NCBI GenBank assembly: GCA_965220745.1
Contig: CBDCQT010000012.1
Location: 224,001-288,000, forward strand
Length of the DNA stretch: 64,000 bases
Direction of reading: 5' to 3'
Source: Alphaproteobacteria bacterium
GTDB taxonomy: Bacteria > Pseudomonadota > Alphaproteobacteria > UBA828
Part shown: positions 47,132 to 56,486 of the stretch, in pieces
Position numbering within the stretch: the stretch's first letter is position 1
Layout: every line of letters begins with the position of its first letter
Made by a program: the position numbers and the translations under genes
The notes under the pieces: generated by a model
The model's database searches: none
Told to the model about the DNA's origin: nothing
What the model saw: the letters and a program-made list of their open reading frames with translations, nothing else

Positions 47132-50100
47132 ATGGTCTCGACCGTCACACCCCTGAAGCCCGCCGCTGCGACGGTGCACTACTTCGAGGTGGACGGGTAC
47201 TACGCGAAGAACGACCCGGAGCACCGCAAGGCGAGCCGCTGGCACGGCGAGGCTGCGGCGTTGCTGGGCCTGCACGGGCGGGTCAACCCGAAGCGCTTCG
47301 AGGCGATCCTCGCCGGCTACGTGCCAGGCACCGAGCTTCGCCTGGGGCGGCTGCGCGACGGCGAGCACCAGCACAGGCCCGGCGTGGACGTGACCCTCTC
47401 GGCGCCCAAGTCGGTCTCGCTGGAGGCGCTGGTCTATGCGCCGCCGAAGACGGGGGCACGTGTGTTGCGTGCGCACGACGAGGCGGTGCGCGCCACGCTG
47501 GGCTTCATCGAGGCGGAGCTGCTCCAGACCCGGAGCTACGACCGGCAGACGGGTCGGCGGCCTCGGGTGCAGGCCGACGGCATGGTCGCGGCGACCTTCC
47601 GCCACCTGGCGAGCCGCAACCTCGACCCGCAGCTGCACACGCATGCGGTGATCGCCAACATTACGCGCGGCCGGGACGGGGACTGGCGCAGCGCCGAGTT
47701 CACCGCGGTGCAACGCTCGAAGCTCTTGATCGGCGCCTACTACCGCAACGAGCTTCGGACCCGGCTCGAAAAGATCGGATACGCGACAGTGCCGACCCTG
47801 GTGGGCCGGATGCCGGGGTTCGAGATCGCGGGCTACCAGCGGCCGATGCTGGACGCGTTCTCGACCCGGCGCCGTGAGCTTCTGGACTACATGCAGGAAC
47901 AGGGCTGGGAGAACAACCCCGCCAGGGCCCAGCAGGCGGCGCTCTACACGCGGCGGCGCAAGGCGGAGCCGGAGCGGCAGATCCTGCTTGGGACGTGGCA
48001 GGAGCGGGCCCGGGAGCTCGGCCCGGCACGGGACCGGGACATCGCAAGGGGCCGCAACGGGGTCAGCGCATCGGCACTTTCCCGGAGCGAGGCGCGAGCG
48101 CCTCCGTCGGCGCTGTCGGTGGTGAGGCGGGCCGTCGAGCATCTTGAGGAACGGCGCACAGTGTTCTCCGCCAACGACCTGCGCGCCTGGGCGCTGGCGC
48201 ACGGGGGCGGCCGGCACTCGCTCGAAGCGCTGGATGCCGGTATCGCGCAGTTGCGGCGTGACGGGCACCTGATCGAGGCGAAGGCGAGGCGAGCAGACCT
48301 GGCCTTCGTCACCGACCGGGCGCGCAATGCCGAGCGCGACATCCTCGCCGGCATGCGCGCGGGCCTGGGCGGGGGTCGAAAGCTGGCGCCGAAGGCTGCG
48401 GTCGAGGCCCGGCTGGAGGAGGCCGGACTCAACGAGGGCCAACGCGATGCAGCCAGCACGATCCTGCTCTCGCCCCACCGCACGGTGGGGGTGCAGGGCC
48501 ACGCGGGATCGGGCAAGACCACCATGCTGCGCGCGGTGGCGGCGCTGGCGGAGGAGCGGAAAATCATTGGCCTCGCCCCGTCGGCGAGCGCAGCCCATGT
48601 GCTGGCCGGAGAGGCCGACATTCCGGCCCGCACCCTGCAGGGGTTCCTCGCGCGCTACCGCGACGTGGGCGACGGCATCGCCCCGTCCGAGAAGATGGAA
48701 GAAGCGCGCAAGGCCCTGGGCGGTGCCGTGCTGATCCTCGACGAGGCCTCGATGGTGGGCACGGTGCAGATGCGGGCATTGACGCGGATCGCAGAGCAGA
48801 CCGGCGTGGCACGGCTGGCGCTGGTCGGCGACCGCCGGCAGTTGCGCTCAGTGGAGGCCGGCCAGCCCTTCGGCCTGTTGCAGGACGCGGGCATGCCGAC
48901 GGCGAAGATGAACGAGGTGATGCGCCAGCGCGACGCGGACCTGAAAGCTGCCGTGCTGCACATGGTGGCGGACAAGCCACGGCTGGCGGTGGAGGAGCTG
49001 GGCAACGGGGTCCTGGAGATGGAGAGCGACGAGCTCGGCCGCACGGCGGCCCAACTCTGGCTGGACCTCCATCCGTCCTTACGCGCCGGAACGGCGATCC
49101 TGGCGCCCACGCACGAGCTTAGGGCCGAGATCAACGAAGCCGTTCGCCACGGCCTGGAAGACGAAGGGTTGCTGCACGGCCCCGAACTGGAGATCGAGCG
49201 CTACGTCAACCTGCAGCTGACACGCCCGCAGAAGGGCGATGTCGCGAACTACCGGCCAGGCGACGTCGCGGTCTTCCATCACGACGTCTACGGCGTCAAG
49301 GCCAGGGCCGGCGATGCCTGCCGCGTTCTCGAGGCACAGGATGACGGGCGTGTGCTGCTGGCGCATCCCGACGGCAGGGAGCGGCGGATCGACCCGGCCG
49401 GCTACATCCGCTACCGGCTCGACCTCTATGAGACACAGCCGATTGTGCTCAGGGCCGGGGACCAGGTGCGCTGGACCCGCAACGATGCGTTGCGCGGCCT
49501 GATCAACGGCGAACACGCCGAGATCCTCGCTATCGGCCCGGCAAACGTGCACATGCGAACCCAGGACGGGCGCGAGATCGCCATGCGGCGCGACGACCCG
49601 CAGCTGCACCATCTGGACCACGCGTACTCCTCCACCGTGCACGCGGCCCAGGGCCTCACCTGCGACCGGGTGATCGCGGTGCTCGACACGGACCGGGGCG
49701 CGCCGGTCGACCAGGCGATGTTCTACGTGGAGCTCACCCGCGCCAGGGACAACGTGGTGCTGCTGACGGACGACCGCGAGGCGCTGATCGAGGCGCTGGA
49801 GACGGCGCCGGCGGAGGAGCTGTCGGCGCTGAAGGCGATCGGCGAGCAGTTCGAGGCGCCGGAGGAGACCGTTCAACGGCACCCGCTGCATCAGCGGCCT
49901 GCCGTTGTTGACGGTGCAACGAGGGAGCGGCGCAGGGCAGCGGAGCGCCTCGTCGATCAAACCCTGTCGGCGGGCGCGGCCTTGATCCGGGAGCGTGACG
50001 AGCACGCCCGCGAAGCCCATTCGCGTGACGCTCACGTCACCCTTGCGCCCGGCTATGACGAATGGCGGAAAGGCGCCGTGCAGACGCTGGCCGATTGCAA

Positions 50101-50506
50101 CAAGATCCTTGAAGACCGCGAGACGTTCGAGATCCACCTCGACCGCCGCCCCGGCGCGGAAGACGAATTGCGGGGGCTTTCCGCGCAGGTCGAGAGCGAC
50201 CTCGAAGAGGACGACACCGAGATCCAACGCCGCCGCCAGCAGCAGGAACGCCTGCAGAGACAGGAACAGCAGAAGCAGGAGCAACAAGAACAGGCGAAGC
50301 GAGAGCAGGAGAGGCGAGAACAGGAGAGGCGAGAGCAGAAGAGGCGAGAACAGGAGAGGCGAGAGCAGGAGACGCGAGAGCGGGAGACGCGAGAACAGGA
50401 GAGGCGAGAGCAAGAGAGGCGAGAGCAAGAGAGGCGAGAGCAAGAGACGCAAGAACAGTCGCACCGGAAAGGGATGACGCGCGGTCGGGGCGGCATCTCG
50501 ATGTGA
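47132..50506 (+). CDS. MOBF (TrwC-like) relaxase-helicase, 1124 aa
   Basis: HYFEVDGYY, DVTLSAPKSVS, HLASRNLDPQLHTH, FSTRR, GHAGSGKTT, LDEASM, HAAQGLT, LTRAR. Confidence 0.95.
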   Translation: MVSTVTPLKPAAATVHYFEVDGYYAKNDPEHRKASRWHGEAAALLGLHGRVNPKRFEAILAGYVPGTELRLGRLRDGEHQHRPGVDVTLSAPKSVSLEALVYAPPKTGARVLRAHDEAVRATLGFIEAELLQTRSYDRQTGRRPRVQADGMVAATFRHLASRNLDPQLHTHAVIANITRGRDGDWRSAEFTAVQRSKLLIGAYYRNELRTRLEKIGYATVPTLVGRMPGFEIAGYQRPMLDAFSTRRRELLDYMQEQGWENNPARAQQAALYTRRRKAEPERQILLGTWQERARELGPARDRDIARGRNGVSASALSRSEARAPPSALSVVRRAVEHLEERRTVFSANDLRAWALAHGGGRHSLEALDAGIAQLRRDGHLIEAKARRADLAFVTDRARNAERDILAGMRAGLGGGRKLAPKAAVEARLEEAGLNEGQRDAASTILLSPHRTVGVQGHAGSGKTTMLRAVAALAEERKIIGLAPSASAAHVLAGEADIPARTLQGFLARYRDVGDGIAPSEKMEEARKALGGAVLILDEASMVGTVQMRALTRIAEQTGVARLALVGDRRQLRSVEAGQPFGLLQDAGMPTAKMNEVMRQRDADLKAAVLHMVADKPRLAVEELGNGVLEMESDELGRTAAQLWLDLHPSLRAGTAILAPTHELRAEINEAVRHGLEDEGLLHGPELEIERYVNLQLTRPQKGDVANYRPGDVAVFHHDVYGVKARAGDACRVLEAQDDGRVLLAHPDGRERRIDPAGYIRYRLDLYETQPIVLRAGDQVRWTRNDALRGLINGEHAEILAIGPANVHMRTQDGREIAMRRDDPQLHHLDHAYSSTVHAAQGLTCDRVIAVLDTDRGAPVDQAMFYVELTRARDNVVLLTDDREALIEALETAPAEELSALKAIGEQFEAPEETVQRHPLHQRPAVVDGATRERRRAAERLVDQTLSAGAALIRERDEHAREAHSRDAHVTLAPGYDEWRKGAVQTLADCNKILEDRETFEIHLDRRPGAEDELRGLSAQVESDLEEDDTEIQRRRQQQERLQRQEQQKQEQQEQAKREQERREQERREQKRREQERREQETRERETREQERREQERREQERREQETQEQSHRKGMTRGRGGISM
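50296..50460 (+). repeat. Intragenic 15-bp tandem repeat (about 11 units, RREQE)
   Basis: Consensus GAGGCGAGA(A/G)CA(G/A)GA, contiguous with no spacers. Confidence 0.92.
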
Positions 50507-50700
50507 CCCGGCTCACGGGGCGCCCATTCGGTCACCCCAGGCTCGCCCGCCGCGGCAAACGATTGAGGCTCGACCAGCTCGTGACCTGCCTCACCGGCAA
50601 CATCCTGCAGTCTCGAGTCTGCCCTGGCCCGTCGCCACTGCCGCGCCCGGAGGCGACCCGGAACGCGCTGCAACGCGACAGGAAACACCCCTGCGGACGG

Positions 50701-51085
50701 TCAGATGCCACCCTCCACCCCGGCCAGAACCACGACATAGCCGTCCGGGTCCCGCAGCCAGCACTCTCGGTGGCGGGCATTGGGGTTTACATGCGGCTCC
50801 TCGAGAAACTCGACGCCCAGCCCGCGCGCCCGTTCGACCGCGGCGTCGAACGCGTCGGTCCGGAACCAGAGCAGCACGCCGTTGCCGTATGGCCGGGACT
50901 CGGGGTCGCCCATATGCGGATGGTCGTCCGCGTCCCAACGGTGAAGCTGGAGGATAATGCGGTCGCCGGACACGAGCCGCTCATAGTCCGGCCCCCCCGC
51001 GCCCGCTCTCGCAACCGAGAAGCTCCCGGCACCAGAGGCTGCCCGCCCCCACATCCCGGACGGCAACGAGCGGTTGCGGCTCCAT
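50701..51085 (-). pseudogene. VOC/glyoxalase family protein with a frameshift in a G7 run
   Basis: MEPQPLVAVRDV...LLGCESGRGG in one frame; GPDYERLV...RECWLRDPDGYVV in another. Switch at the C7 run 50992-50998. Confidence 0.8.
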
Positions 51086-51265
51086 GCGCCGGCTTCCTCC
51101 GATCATGTCCCAGCGGCTGGCGTAAGAACCTTGTGCTCTGCGCGGCGTCCGGCGGCGTATGTCATTTTCCACCAGACCCCGCATGAAAGTCTGTCCGGTG
51201 GCTGCGAATCCGTTGCCCTTCCGACTCCTCTGAACCCTGTCTGCCGAGCCGGCCTTCCGCCATGA

Positions 51266-51706
51266 TCAATCCAGCCCGTCCGCGGCCATGCGCGTGTGGA
51301 GACGCTCGACTGTGGCCGCTGCTGCCCGCTCCCCGAACAGATCGGTGAGAAGCGACTTCAACTCGTACTCACGCGCGTCGCGCACCATCTCCCGCATCCT
51401 CGCCTCCACCAGAAAGTTGAGGGCGTTACGGATGCGCGTCATCACAGCTTCCTCCGATTCCGTCTCCGCCGTGCGATTCGCGATCTTCACCACACTGTCG
51501 TGAAGGCGTCGCTGTTCCGCCTCGTCCAGCACCAGGCGAGGTGGCTTTGGCGCCTCCGTCGTCGGGTCCACGTTGAGCCCGCACTCCACGAGATAGCGCG
51601 AGATGGACATCTCCCGACGGTCGGCCAGCACGCGCGCACGCTCCCACTCGGCGTCGGTGCAGGATATCGAATGAACCTTCGACTGTGACCGGCGCTTGCG
51701 CCTCAT
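51266..51706 (-). CDS. Ribbon-helix-helix (MobC/TrwA-like) protein
   Basis: HSISCTDAEWERARVLADRREMSISRYLV pattern; coupled to neighbours. Confidence 0.75.
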   Translation of the reverse strand: MRRKRRSQSKVHSISCTDAEWERARVLADRREMSISRYLVECGLNVDPTTEAPKPPRLVLDEAEQRRLHDSVVKIANRTAETESEEAVMTRIRNALNFLVEARMREMVRDAREYELKSLLTDLFGERAAAATVERLHTRMAADGLD

Positions 51707-52065
51707 CCTCGACCCTCGCCGCTGTCATCGGCACGGCTCTGTGCCTCCCTCACCAGGAAGGCGAGCGCCCCGAGCGCCGACATCTCCGTTCCTTGCAACC
51801 GCGTCAGCAACGCCTCGTTGCAGCGGTCCAGGAGCGCTATCCGCTCGTAAAGAATCCGCTGTTCGTCCTCGCTCAGCACCAGGCTCGGATCCTCCGACTC
51901 GTCCTCCTCGTCCCTGCCATGCAGCGCGCAGGCGATCATGAAACGCGAGAAGTTCATCCCCGCTTCCTCGGCGCGCCGTGCAATCAGCGCTCGGTCCGCC
52001 GCCGAGCAATAGATGCTGTGCTGCCGTACCCTGTCTCGCTTGCCGCTCTCCCCGTCCGCCGTCAT
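51703..52065 (-). CDS. Ribbon-helix-helix (MobC-like) protein
   Basis: HSIYCSAADRALIARRAEEAGMNFSRFMIACAL. Confidence 0.75.
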   Translation of the reverse strand: MTADGESGKRDRVRQHSIYCSAADRALIARRAEEAGMNFSRFMIACALHGRDEEDESEDPSLVLSEDEQRILYERIALLDRCNEALLTRLQGTEMSALGALAFLVREAQSRADDSGEGRG

Positions 52066-52385
52066 CCGAGTGCCTCCTCGGCATCGACACGCGCCCCGGC
52101 ACGGCGGACAAGAGCCTCCCAGGTCTCCGCCCCCGCGCTGTCTTCGACGCGTTGTTTCTCGACCTCGTAGAGGACCCGCACCGCCCGTTCGATCCGCGCT
52201 ACGGCTCCGGCAAGCTCACGTGTCGCTACGCTGTCTTCCTGCACCGGAGACGGCGCGGTCAGGCGTTCGACGACGTAGCGCGAGACGTCCATGCCTGCTG
52301 CGTCTGCCCGCTCCTGCACCGTCTGCCAGTCGCTGTCCGTCGCCATCACGGCGCGCTGTCGCTTGCGTGCCTTTGCCCCGCTCAT
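52062..52385 (-). CDS. Ribbon-helix-helix (MobC-like) protein
   Basis: RAVMATDSDWQTVQERADAAGMDVSRYVV. Start MSGAK at 52385. Confidence 0.75.
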   Translation of the reverse strand: MSGAKARKRQRAVMATDSDWQTVQERADAAGMDVSRYVVERLTAPSPVQEDSVATRELAGAVARIERAVRVLYEVEKQRVEDSAGAETWEALVRRAGARVDAEEALG

Positions 52386-52897
52386 GCCTTCCCCCTTGCG
52401 TCGTTGCGGTCGAACCGCGATCATCCGATCAATTATACAGATTTAGAAGCTTGTTGAGAGGACTGCGCCCCGTGTCGAACCGATTCGACCTACGGTTTAC
52501 CCATGTGCACTATAGCGGTAGCCGTATATCTTGTATATATTATATAGTCTCTATACTCCACGCAAAATGCCCCACTCACGTGACCGCCATCGACCGCCAC
52601 CACCTGCATCACACGTCAGAAACACTTCCCCCGATGCAATAGCCCAAACTTGCGATGTCTCAGTTTATAGTATCTGAAATCGCTACGAATTTCGTTGACA
52701 CTCAGCACAACCAACTGTAAAAGCGTCATTATCAGGAGGTCCAAGCAACTCTACCTAGGTTTACCCATATAGTCTATTTTTCTGTCTTGTTGTCACACCC
52801 GACGAATGCCAAAACTACTTCGCTGCTGCAGGATATGACCGCGTATGATCGGAACCTGCTCTAGCCACGCGCCTGCGAAGCCTGGCGCGCGTCTGGG

Positions 52898-53710
52898 CTA
52901 GGTGTTCGACGTATCTTCGGCGGTCCCGATGACGTATTGGTCGTAGTCGACGATCGCGCCGGTCATGATCCCGGAGTCATCGGCGCTCAAGAAAGCGACG
53001 GCCTGCGCCACCTCCTCCGGCTGGATGAGCCGGCCGAAAGGCTGGAGCGCGTTCGCCTCGTCGATCCAGTTTTCGTCGAGGCCGTGGTAGCCCGTCCGTT
53101 GTACATGCTCGCCGGGCGTATCGGTCCAGCCGTTGTTGAGGCCGTTCACGCGAATGCGGTGGCGCGCGAGAGAACAGGCCACGTTCTTCGTGAGCGTTAC
53201 CATCGCGCCTTTCGACCCGCTGTACGCCGATATGTAAGGGAGGCCGCCGTAGCTCGCCGTGCTGAGAATATTGACGATCGCGCCTTCGATCTTTTCGCGG
53301 ATCATGATTTTCGCGGCATCCTGCATCAGCAGGAAGGGCGCGCGGACGTTGAGTGCAAAAATTCGGTCGAATAGTTCGGCCGACGTGTCGAGAAGCGTGC
53401 CGCGATCCGACGTTGCGGCCACGTTGACCAGGACATCGACCTTGCCGAACGCCTCATCGGCTGCCGCGACGACCGCACGACAATCCGCCACGCGGGTCAG
53501 ATCGGCCGGAACGAAACGTGTCTCGCAGCCGCTATCGCTCAACGAGCGTGCAACCGTGCTTCCACGATCGGCACTGCGGCCGCAAATCACCTGGCCCGCC
53601 ATCCCGCGTTCGGCGAAGAGACGCGCCGTCGCTTCGCCGATACCCATGGTGCCGCCGGTTACGACTGCGTGCTTGCCTGTGAACTGACCTGCGTAGTCGA
53701 CCTGCGCCAT
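52898..53710 (-). CDS. SDR family oxidoreductase
   Basis: TGGTMGIG, VNILS, YSGSK, PFGRL. Confidence 0.92.
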   Translation of the reverse strand: MAQVDYAGQFTGKHAVVTGGTMGIGEATARLFAERGMAGQVICGRSADRGSTVARSLSDSGCETRFVPADLTRVADCRAVVAAADEAFGKVDVLVNVAATSDRGTLLDTSAELFDRIFALNVRAPFLLMQDAAKIMIREKIEGAIVNILSTASYGGLPYISAYSGSKGAMVTLTKNVACSLARHRIRVNGLNNGWTDTPGEHVQRTGYHGLDENWIDEANALQPFGRLIQPEEVAQAVAFLSADDSGIMTGAIVDYDQYVIGTAEDTSNT

Positions 53711-53739
53711 CCGTCAGCGTCTCCCGACTGGACCAGCGA

Positions 53740-54585
53740 TCACGACGCGAAGTCGGAACGCCGATGCTCGCCAATACTGATATCGGCGTCCGGATCCATG
53801 AATACCCGGTCATCGCCTGCAAGCGTCAGGCCGCTCTCCTTGATTGCCGTGTCGGGGAGCATCTCCAGCGGCGTGTATTGCGGATGGTGGTGCTGCTTGA
53901 AGGGATTGTTCGATACGCGATTGTAGCAACAGATCAGAATGTCCCGCGCCGTGTCGGACAGATTCGGATCCGAGCTATGAAGCATGTTGCTATGGAAGAA
54001 GAAGGCATCGCCCGGCTGTGTTTCCACATAGACGTGCTCTAGCTGTTTCATCGCTTGCGTGACGCGCTCCATGTCTGCGCCATTCTGGCCACCATGAATC
54101 ACGTGTTCGATCCGGCCCATCTTGTGACTGCCCTTGAGGACCTGAAGGCAGCCGTTCTCACGGGTCGCCGGGTTGACCGAGATCGCAACGCTCAACAGGT
54201 CGGGAAACAAGCAGCCGTTCTTGTACCAATAGCCGTAATCTTGATGCCAATCCCAGGTGCCGCCGCCACCGGGACGCTTGAGCGTCACCTTCGAATGGTA
54301 GTGGTAAACCTCGCCGCCGAGGAGGCGCGCCGCGCCCTCGACCATGCGCCGACACCGTGCAACGGCGCCGAATAAATCGTCCCCTGGATGATTCCAGACC
54401 GCGACGTCCGTCGCGCCGCCTTTGCTGTCCTCCAGCGCATAGGCGCGTTGCCGGATCGCCGGATCTTCCGCGATGCCCCGCCGGAGCAGCGCCATCTCCT
54501 CATCGTCGAAGAAGGCGCGCTTGAACACGTAACCGTCGTCTTGAAATGCTCTGACGTCCTGTTCCGTTATCGATGGAATCCCCAT
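53740..54585 (-). CDS. Fe(II)/2-oxoglutarate dioxygenase, PhyH family
   Basis: YHYHSK, WHQDYGYW (HxD), NGCLQVLKGSH, HSNMLHSS, distal Arg. Start MGIPS at 54585. Confidence 0.92.
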   Translation of the reverse strand: MGIPSITEQDVRAFQDDGYVFKRAFFDDEEMALLRRGIAEDPAIRQRAYALEDSKGGATDVAVWNHPGDDLFGAVARCRRMVEGAARLLGGEVYHYHSKVTLKRPGGGGTWDWHQDYGYWYKNGCLFPDLLSVAISVNPATRENGCLQVLKGSHKMGRIEHVIHGGQNGADMERVTQAMKQLEHVYVETQPGDAFFFHSNMLHSSDPNLSDTARDILICCYNRVSNNPFKQHHHPQYTPLEMLPDTAIKESGLTLAGDDRVFMDPDADISIGEHRRSDFAS

Positions 54586-54637
54586 GATGTCGCCCCTGTC
54601 GTGTCCGGCCGCTTCGTTTGCGGCGCGGCACCCGGCG

Positions 54638-55423
54638 TCAATAAGAAACGATAATTCTTGTAACTTCTTCGAGCGTCGTGTCCTCGCGCTTGACGTTCGT
54701 AATGACCTCACCGTGCGCCATTACGACGAAACGATCGCAGACCTGAAACGCGTGATAGAGGTTGTGCGTGACGAAAACACAGGACACGCCGTCAGCCCGT
54801 AGTTGGGTGACGTACGTGAGAACCTTCTCCGTTTCGCGGACGGAGAGAGCGCTGGTGGGCTCATCGAGCAGGAGCATCTTGTTCTTGAAATATACCGCAC
54901 GCGCGATTGCAACCGCCTGCTGTTGGCCTCCGGAAAGGCCTTCGACTGCCTGATCGGGTGATGTGATCCCGGCGATCTCGACAGTGTGCTCGAGAACGTC
55001 CATCGCGATCCTGCGCATCTCGCGCAGGCGCAAGCCGCCGAACCTGTCGGTAATTTCCCGGCCGCAGAAGATATTGCGCATCACGGACATGGAACCGACG
55101 AGGGCTATGTCCTGGTAGATTGTCTCGATTCCCAGCTTCTCAGAGTCGCGGCGCGAGCGGAGCGGGACCTGCTTGCCGTCGTAAAAGAACTCGCCACGAT
55201 CCGGCTGCACCACCCCCGACATGATCTTGATTAACGTCGACTTGCCGGCTCCATTGTCGCCGACCAAGCCCACGACCTCGTTGCGGTTCAACGAAAAATC
55301 GACGCCCTTGAGCGCGTCGACATGGCCATAGGATTTCACCACACTGCGGCAGGCAAAAAGAGCCTGACCATCGTCGTCGTGGGTGGCAGGGGGTGTGTCG
55401 TGCCTCTCTTCAGTCGCCGCCAT
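54638..55423 (-). CDS. Sugar ABC transporter ATP-binding protein (single domain)
   Basis: GDNGAGKST, LSGGQQQ, LDEPTSAL, VTHN. Confidence 0.93.
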   Translation of the reverse strand: MAATEERHDTPPATHDDDGQALFACRSVVKSYGHVDALKGVDFSLNRNEVVGLVGDNGAGKSTLIKIMSGVVQPDRGEFFYDGKQVPLRSRRDSEKLGIETIYQDIALVGSMSVMRNIFCGREITDRFGGLRLREMRRIAMDVLEHTVEIAGITSPDQAVEGLSGGQQQAVAIARAVYFKNKMLLLDEPTSALSVRETEKVLTYVTQLRADGVSCVFVTHNLYHAFQVCDRFVVMAHGEVITNVKREDTTLEEVTRIIVSY

Positions 55424-55426
55424 TTC

Positions 55427-56389
55427 TCAGTCTCGTTTGGCCACCACTTGGTTCATCAGCACCGCGATGATGATGATCGCACCCACGAAGGTCTCGTGGT
55501 AATAGCCCGGCGCGCGGGATAGCAGGAGGATGTCTTCGACCAGATGGATCAGGGCCGCTCCCAGCATGATGCCGATTAAAGTGCCGCGGCCGCCCATAAG
55601 GAACAATGCGCCGATAACGCACGCCGCAATTGCTTCAAGCTCGAGTCCCGTTCCCTGAGTGACGACCGCCGAATTGACGCGTGTCGCGCCGATGATGCCG
55701 GCAAATCCCGCTAGCAACCCCGAAATCGTGAACGCAATCATCTTGGTCCGGTTGACGTTGATTCCGGTCGCCGTGGCGGCTTGCCGGTTGCCGCCGACGG
55801 CGTACAGGTGATTGCCGTACCGATGAAGGTGCAGGAAATAGAAGGCGACCGCACCGATAAACAAGAACCAGAGAAACTGAGATTTCATCAGGCCTAACGA
55901 TCCAGTCAGCACCGCCTCAAATGTCTCTCCCGGATAAAAGGATACCGGTCGACTGTCATTAAGCGCCCGAATTAGTCCGCGCACGACCAACATGCTGCCG
56001 AGCGTCGCGATGAACGATGGAATCGCCGTTCGCGTGACGATGAGGCCGTTGACAAAGCCGATGGTCCCACCGGCGGCAAGGCCGATGATGATGGCCAGCC
56101 AGAGCGGCCACTCCTCGCGAAAGAGCATGGCCGCCACTAGCGCGCTGAAACCGAACACCGAGCCGACGGAGAGGTCGAACTCGCCTGTGATCATCAGCAA
56201 GCCGACACCGATGGCGAGGATCCCGAGGAGCGGGATCGTGCGCAGCAGGATGGCGACGTTCGCGCTGTGCAGAAAACGGAAATCGTCGGGGATGATGAGG
56301 CCGGCAATAATGCAGCCGGCCAACACCACCGTGAAAACCACGGCGATGTTGCCGGCTGGATGGCGTCGAATGCGTTCTATCGCATTCAC
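55427..56389 (-). CDS. Sugar ABC transporter permease
   Basis: GEFDLSVGS, IPSFIATLG, ELEAIAACVIG, GGRG. Confidence 0.92.
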   Translation of the reverse strand: MNAIERIRRHPAGNIAVVFTVVLAGCIIAGLIIPDDFRFLHSANVAILLRTIPLLGILAIGVGLLMITGEFDLSVGSVFGFSALVAAMLFREEWPLWLAIIIGLAAGGTIGFVNGLIVTRTAIPSFIATLGSMLVVRGLIRALNDSRPVSFYPGETFEAVLTGSLGLMKSQFLWFLFIGAVAFYFLHLHRYGNHLYAVGGNRQAATATGINVNRTKMIAFTISGLLAGFAGIIGATRVNSAVVTQGTGLELEAIAACVIGALFLMGGRGTLIGIMLGAALIHLVEDILLLSRAPGYYHETFVGAIIIIAVLMNQVVAKRD

Positions 56390-56486
56390 GTTGTTGCTGC
56401 CCCTTCTCTCAGGCTCCGCGCAAGTTCACACCGCACGCCCGCGATAGTGGCAGGTCTTTATATCAGGAAACCGGGGCAACCGCCGA

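Noticed and set aside
50296-50460. 15-bp repeats as a CRISPR array
   Set aside because: Contiguous, no unique spacers, in frame inside the relaxase, no cas genes.
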